A DNA stretch of 64,000 nucleotides from Lentisphaeria bacterium UBA1732 (GTDB lineage: Bacteria; Verrucomicrobiota; Lentisphaeria; Victivallales; UBA1829). The stretch's first letter is position 1. Each line of letters starts with the position of its first letter. The stretch lies in the NCBI GenBank assembly GCA_002315855.1, contig DCIG01000050.1, forward strand, positions 24,350 to 88,349. Direction: 5' to 3'. Shown piece by piece: positions 61,606-64,000 of the stretch. The notes under the pieces are model-generated. The model was not told where the DNA came from, did no database searches, and saw only the letters and a list, made by a program, of their open reading frames with translations. The position numbers were made by a program, and so were the translations under genes.

Positions 61606-62982
61606 ATGGTTGCCTCCTGCCGCCGTTTCGCTTCTTTTCTGTTGAAAAGCATTCTCTGCGGAATGCTTTTTCTGGTCGGTGTGCTTGGAGTAACTTCCCC
61701 TTGCGCGGATGCGGCGGAAGTGCCGGGGCATATCCTCTTGGGCGCGGATAAGAAACCCGTCCTGAAAGCCGGTGCTTTCGGCGGCGATCGCGTGATGCTT
61801 CCCGACTCCTACCGCGAGAAAGCTCAGGAATTTCGTGCGGTATGGGTTTCTACCGTGTTTAATCTCGACTGGTCACAGACCAAAACGCCCGCCGCGTTCC
61901 AGATTGCTTTCCTGAATATGATCAGCCGGATTCAGCGCGCCGGATTCAATACCCTCATTTTCCAGATTCGCCCCTGCAATGATGCCTTTTATTCATCGAA
62001 GCTGAACCCGTGGTCGCGCTTCATGAACGGAAGCGAGGGCGTTCCTTTCTCCGGCGGATGGGACCCGCTGAAATACATGATTTCCGAGTGCCACAAGCGC
62101 GGGATTCGATTCTATGCGTGGATGAATCCGTTTCGCGTGGGCACCGTCAAGGACGGCACTTCTCCCGACGCTTATTTGAAAACGCTGGATGCCCGCAACT
62201 TCGCACGCCTCAAACCGAATTATGTTTTGAGGCTGAAAAAAGATGGCAAAACCCAGCTTTTCCTGGACCCCGGAGAACCCTCTGTCCGCATGTTTGTTGT
62301 GGATACGGTCAAGGAGGTGATTGACGGGTACAATGTGGACGGCGTCGTGTTCGATGATTACTTCTATCCCTACGAGGGCATGAAATCGGAGGACTATTCT
62401 TCGTGGCGCAAATATCGCCGCGGCAGTCAGAAACTGGAAGACTGGCGTCGTTCCAATACGGAACAGCTGATTCGCTCGGTCAGTACGCTCGTTCGCCAGT
62501 TAAATGTGAAAAACAAGCGTTCCGTCCGGTTCGGGGTCAGCCCGTTCGGCATTTGGGCGAATAAATCTTCTGCTCATCCCAATGGCTCCAATACCAAAGG
62601 TTTGGAATCTTACAGCGCGATTTACTGCGATACCCTCTCATGGGTGAAAAACAACCTCGTTGACTTCATCATCCCCCAGATTTACTGGGGTTTATCTCAT
62701 CAGAAAAGTGCATACGCGGAACTCGTCGACTGGTGGTGCAATGCTGTGCGCGGTACCAAAGTCAAACTCTATATCTCTCATGCCGTTTACAAATCCGGCG
62801 ATGCCGCCGACATGAAATCCGTCTCCGAAATTCCCGATCAGCTCCTCTACAACATGCTGAAAGCGGATGTCAAAGGGTCTTGCCTTTTCTCGTATCATTC
62901 GATTTTCTCTCCCGCAAATGCCGTCATGAAAACCAATGTCAAAACCGTCATCGAAAAATACTGGCGCGGCAAACTTCAATAG
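61606..62982 (+). CDS. Glycoside hydrolase-like 10 (GHL10/YngK-type) protein, secreted
   Basis: 458 aa. Signal peptide; RAVWVSTVFNLDWS, FYAWMNPFRVG and GVVFDDYFYP motifs, as in family-10-like glycosylhydrolases (PF02638, from memory). Confidence 0.78.
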   Translation: MVASCRRFASFLLKSILCGMLFLVGVLGVTSPCADAAEVPGHILLGADKKPVLKAGAFGGDRVMLPDSYREKAQEFRAVWVSTVFNLDWSQTKTPAAFQIAFLNMISRIQRAGFNTLIFQIRPCNDAFYSSKLNPWSRFMNGSEGVPFSGGWDPLKYMISECHKRGIRFYAWMNPFRVGTVKDGTSPDAYLKTLDARNFARLKPNYVLRLKKDGKTQLFLDPGEPSVRMFVVDTVKEVIDGYNVDGVVFDDYFYPYEGMKSEDYSSWRKYRRGSQKLEDWRRSNTEQLIRSVSTLVRQLNVKNKRSVRFGVSPFGIWANKSSAHPNGSNTKGLESYSAIYCDTLSWVKNNLVDFIIPQIYWGLSHQKSAYAELVDWWCNAVRGTKVKLYISHAVYKSGDAADMKSVSEIPDQLLYNMLKADVKGSCLFSYHSIFSPANAVMKTNVKTVIEKYWRGKLQ

Positions 62983-63054
62983 TTGTTCATGCCGGTGTGC
63001 GTTTGCCGGAAGACGGATTTTCCCCACGTCTTCATGAAAAATACAACTTTTTGT

Positions 63055-63083
63055 TTGCATTTTCATGAATATCATGATATAGT
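63055..63083 (+). promoter_or_regulatory. Promoter for gltA
   Basis: -35 TTGCAT 63055-63060, 17 nt, -10 TATAGT 63078-63083. Confidence 0.55.
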
Positions 63084-63152
63084 AATCAGTTTGCAAAGTT
63101 TTTTGTAGAACTCGGTTTCTCCCATCTAACCTCACACATAGAGGATTTGCTT

Positions 63153-64000
63153 ATGTCATCTCCGAAAAATGCTATTTTGACCATTGGGAATCAGCAGATC
63201 GAACTTCCGATTATCACTGGTACGGAAGGAGAAAAAGCGATTGACTTGTCTGATCTCCGCAAAAACACCGGTTTCGTAACGTATGACCCCAGTTTGATGA
63301 ATACTGCTGTTTGCAAAAGCAGCATCACCTATGTAAACGGCGAAAAAGGCATTTTGTGCTATCGCGGGATTCCGATTGAACGCCTGATTAAAGATGGCGT
63401 TTCTTTCGTGCAAATCGCATATCTGCTGGTTCACGGCAATCTCCCAAATTCAAGCGAAGGAAAGGCATTTTCTCAGCTCCTCAACGTGAACTCCCTCATG
63501 CACGAGGATATGCGTCATTTCTTCGATCTCTATCCGCGCGGCGCTCACCCGATGCACATCCTCTCCACCATGATCAATGCTTTGGCGGTCTATTACCCGA
63601 ATGTTGACCTGCTTTCCCTCAAGGAAGACATCGATATTTCTTCGGCTCGTCTGATTTCCACCGTCCGCACCATGGCGGCGTTTGCCTACAAGAAAAGTCT
63701 GGGCGAACCGATTGTTTACCCTCGCAACGACCTTTCCTACTGCGCCAACTTCCTGAATATGATGTTTGATTCGCCTGTGGCTCCCTACCATATTTCCGAA
63801 CAGGATGTGCGCCTCCTGAATGTCTTGCTGATTCTCCACGCCGACCACGAACAGAACTGCTCCACCACGACCGTCCGCACCATCGGCAGTGCTCAGGTCA
63901 ACCTGTATGCCACGATTTCCGCCGGTATTTCCGCTCTTTCCGGTCCTCTTCATGGCGGTGCGAATCAGGCTGTTATGGAAATGCTCCGCAAGATTCAGAA
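63153..64000 (+). CDS. gltA: Citrate synthase (N-terminal ~282 codons; runs off the window end)
   Basis: Not in the ORF track because there is no stop in the window. My translation from ATG 63153 gives MSSPKNAILTIGNQQIELPIITGTEGEKAIDLSDLRKNTGFVTYDPSLMNTAVCKSSITYVNGEKGILCYRGIPIE..., and later ILHADHEQNCSTTTVRTIGS, the classic citrate synthase signature region. Confidence 0.92.
   Translation, partial: MSSPKNAILTIGNQQIELPIITGTEGEKAIDLSDLRKNTGFVTYDPSLMNTAVCKSSITYVNGEKGILCYRGIPIERLIKDGVSFVQIAYLLVHGNLPNSSEGKAFSQLLNVNSLMHEDMRHFFDLYPRGAHPMHILSTMINALAVYYPNVDLLSLKEDIDISSARLISTVRTMAAFAYKKSLGEPIVYPRNDLSYCANFLNMMFDSPVAPYHISEQDVRLLNVLLILHADHEQNCSTTTVRTIGSAQVNLYATISAGISALSGPLHGGANQAVMEMLRKIQ

Overview
This looks like a chromosomal segment (about 50% GC by eye) of a Gram-negative-type, glycan-degrading bacterium. 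The phylum cannot be fixed from sequence alone. I call 51 protein-coding genes (two cut by the window edges), 1-2 decayed gene fragments, 3 tRNAs (Gly-CCC, Leu-CAA, Leu-CAG), a small SRP (4.5S) RNA, about 20 canonical sigma-70-type promoters and about a dozen intrinsic terminators. Core genes: gmhA-uppS-cdsA-glgB, dnaN-recF-thiI, an LptF/G-type permease, rpoD, carB, rpsD, recJ, rph-purM, accD, comF-dprA-aroB-hisA, nfo, moxR-DUF58-transglutaminase, tsaB and gltA, plus GH27, GH51, GH43 and GHL10 glycosidases. Unusual content: (1) a family of 33-46 bp palindromic intergenic repeats (arms CTGATTTCAAAA / TTTTGAAATCAG, core often GTCCTGCCGGGA in either orientation), at least 11 copies, several lying between a predicted promoter and a start codon; (2) a ~2.3 kb AT-rich type II restriction-modification island with an HTH-fused C5 methyltransferase; (3) five DnaA-box-like 9-mers upstream of dnaN with no dnaA in the window (candidate oriC); (4) one ORF fusing XRE-HTH, cupin and acyl-CoA synthetase; (5) a frameshifted integrase stub plus a Fic gene beside tRNA-Leu(CAA); (6) an array of TGACGG motifs upstream of a secreted esterase; (7) tandem paralogous lipoproteins and uncharacterised secreted proteins divergent from the MoxR operon. 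I could not support a CRISPR array, an intact transposon or prophage, or any multi-gene defence system beyond the R-M pair. The best candidate for something undescribed is the repeat family and its placement in mRNA leaders. All family assignments come from motif recognition by eye and need database confirmation.
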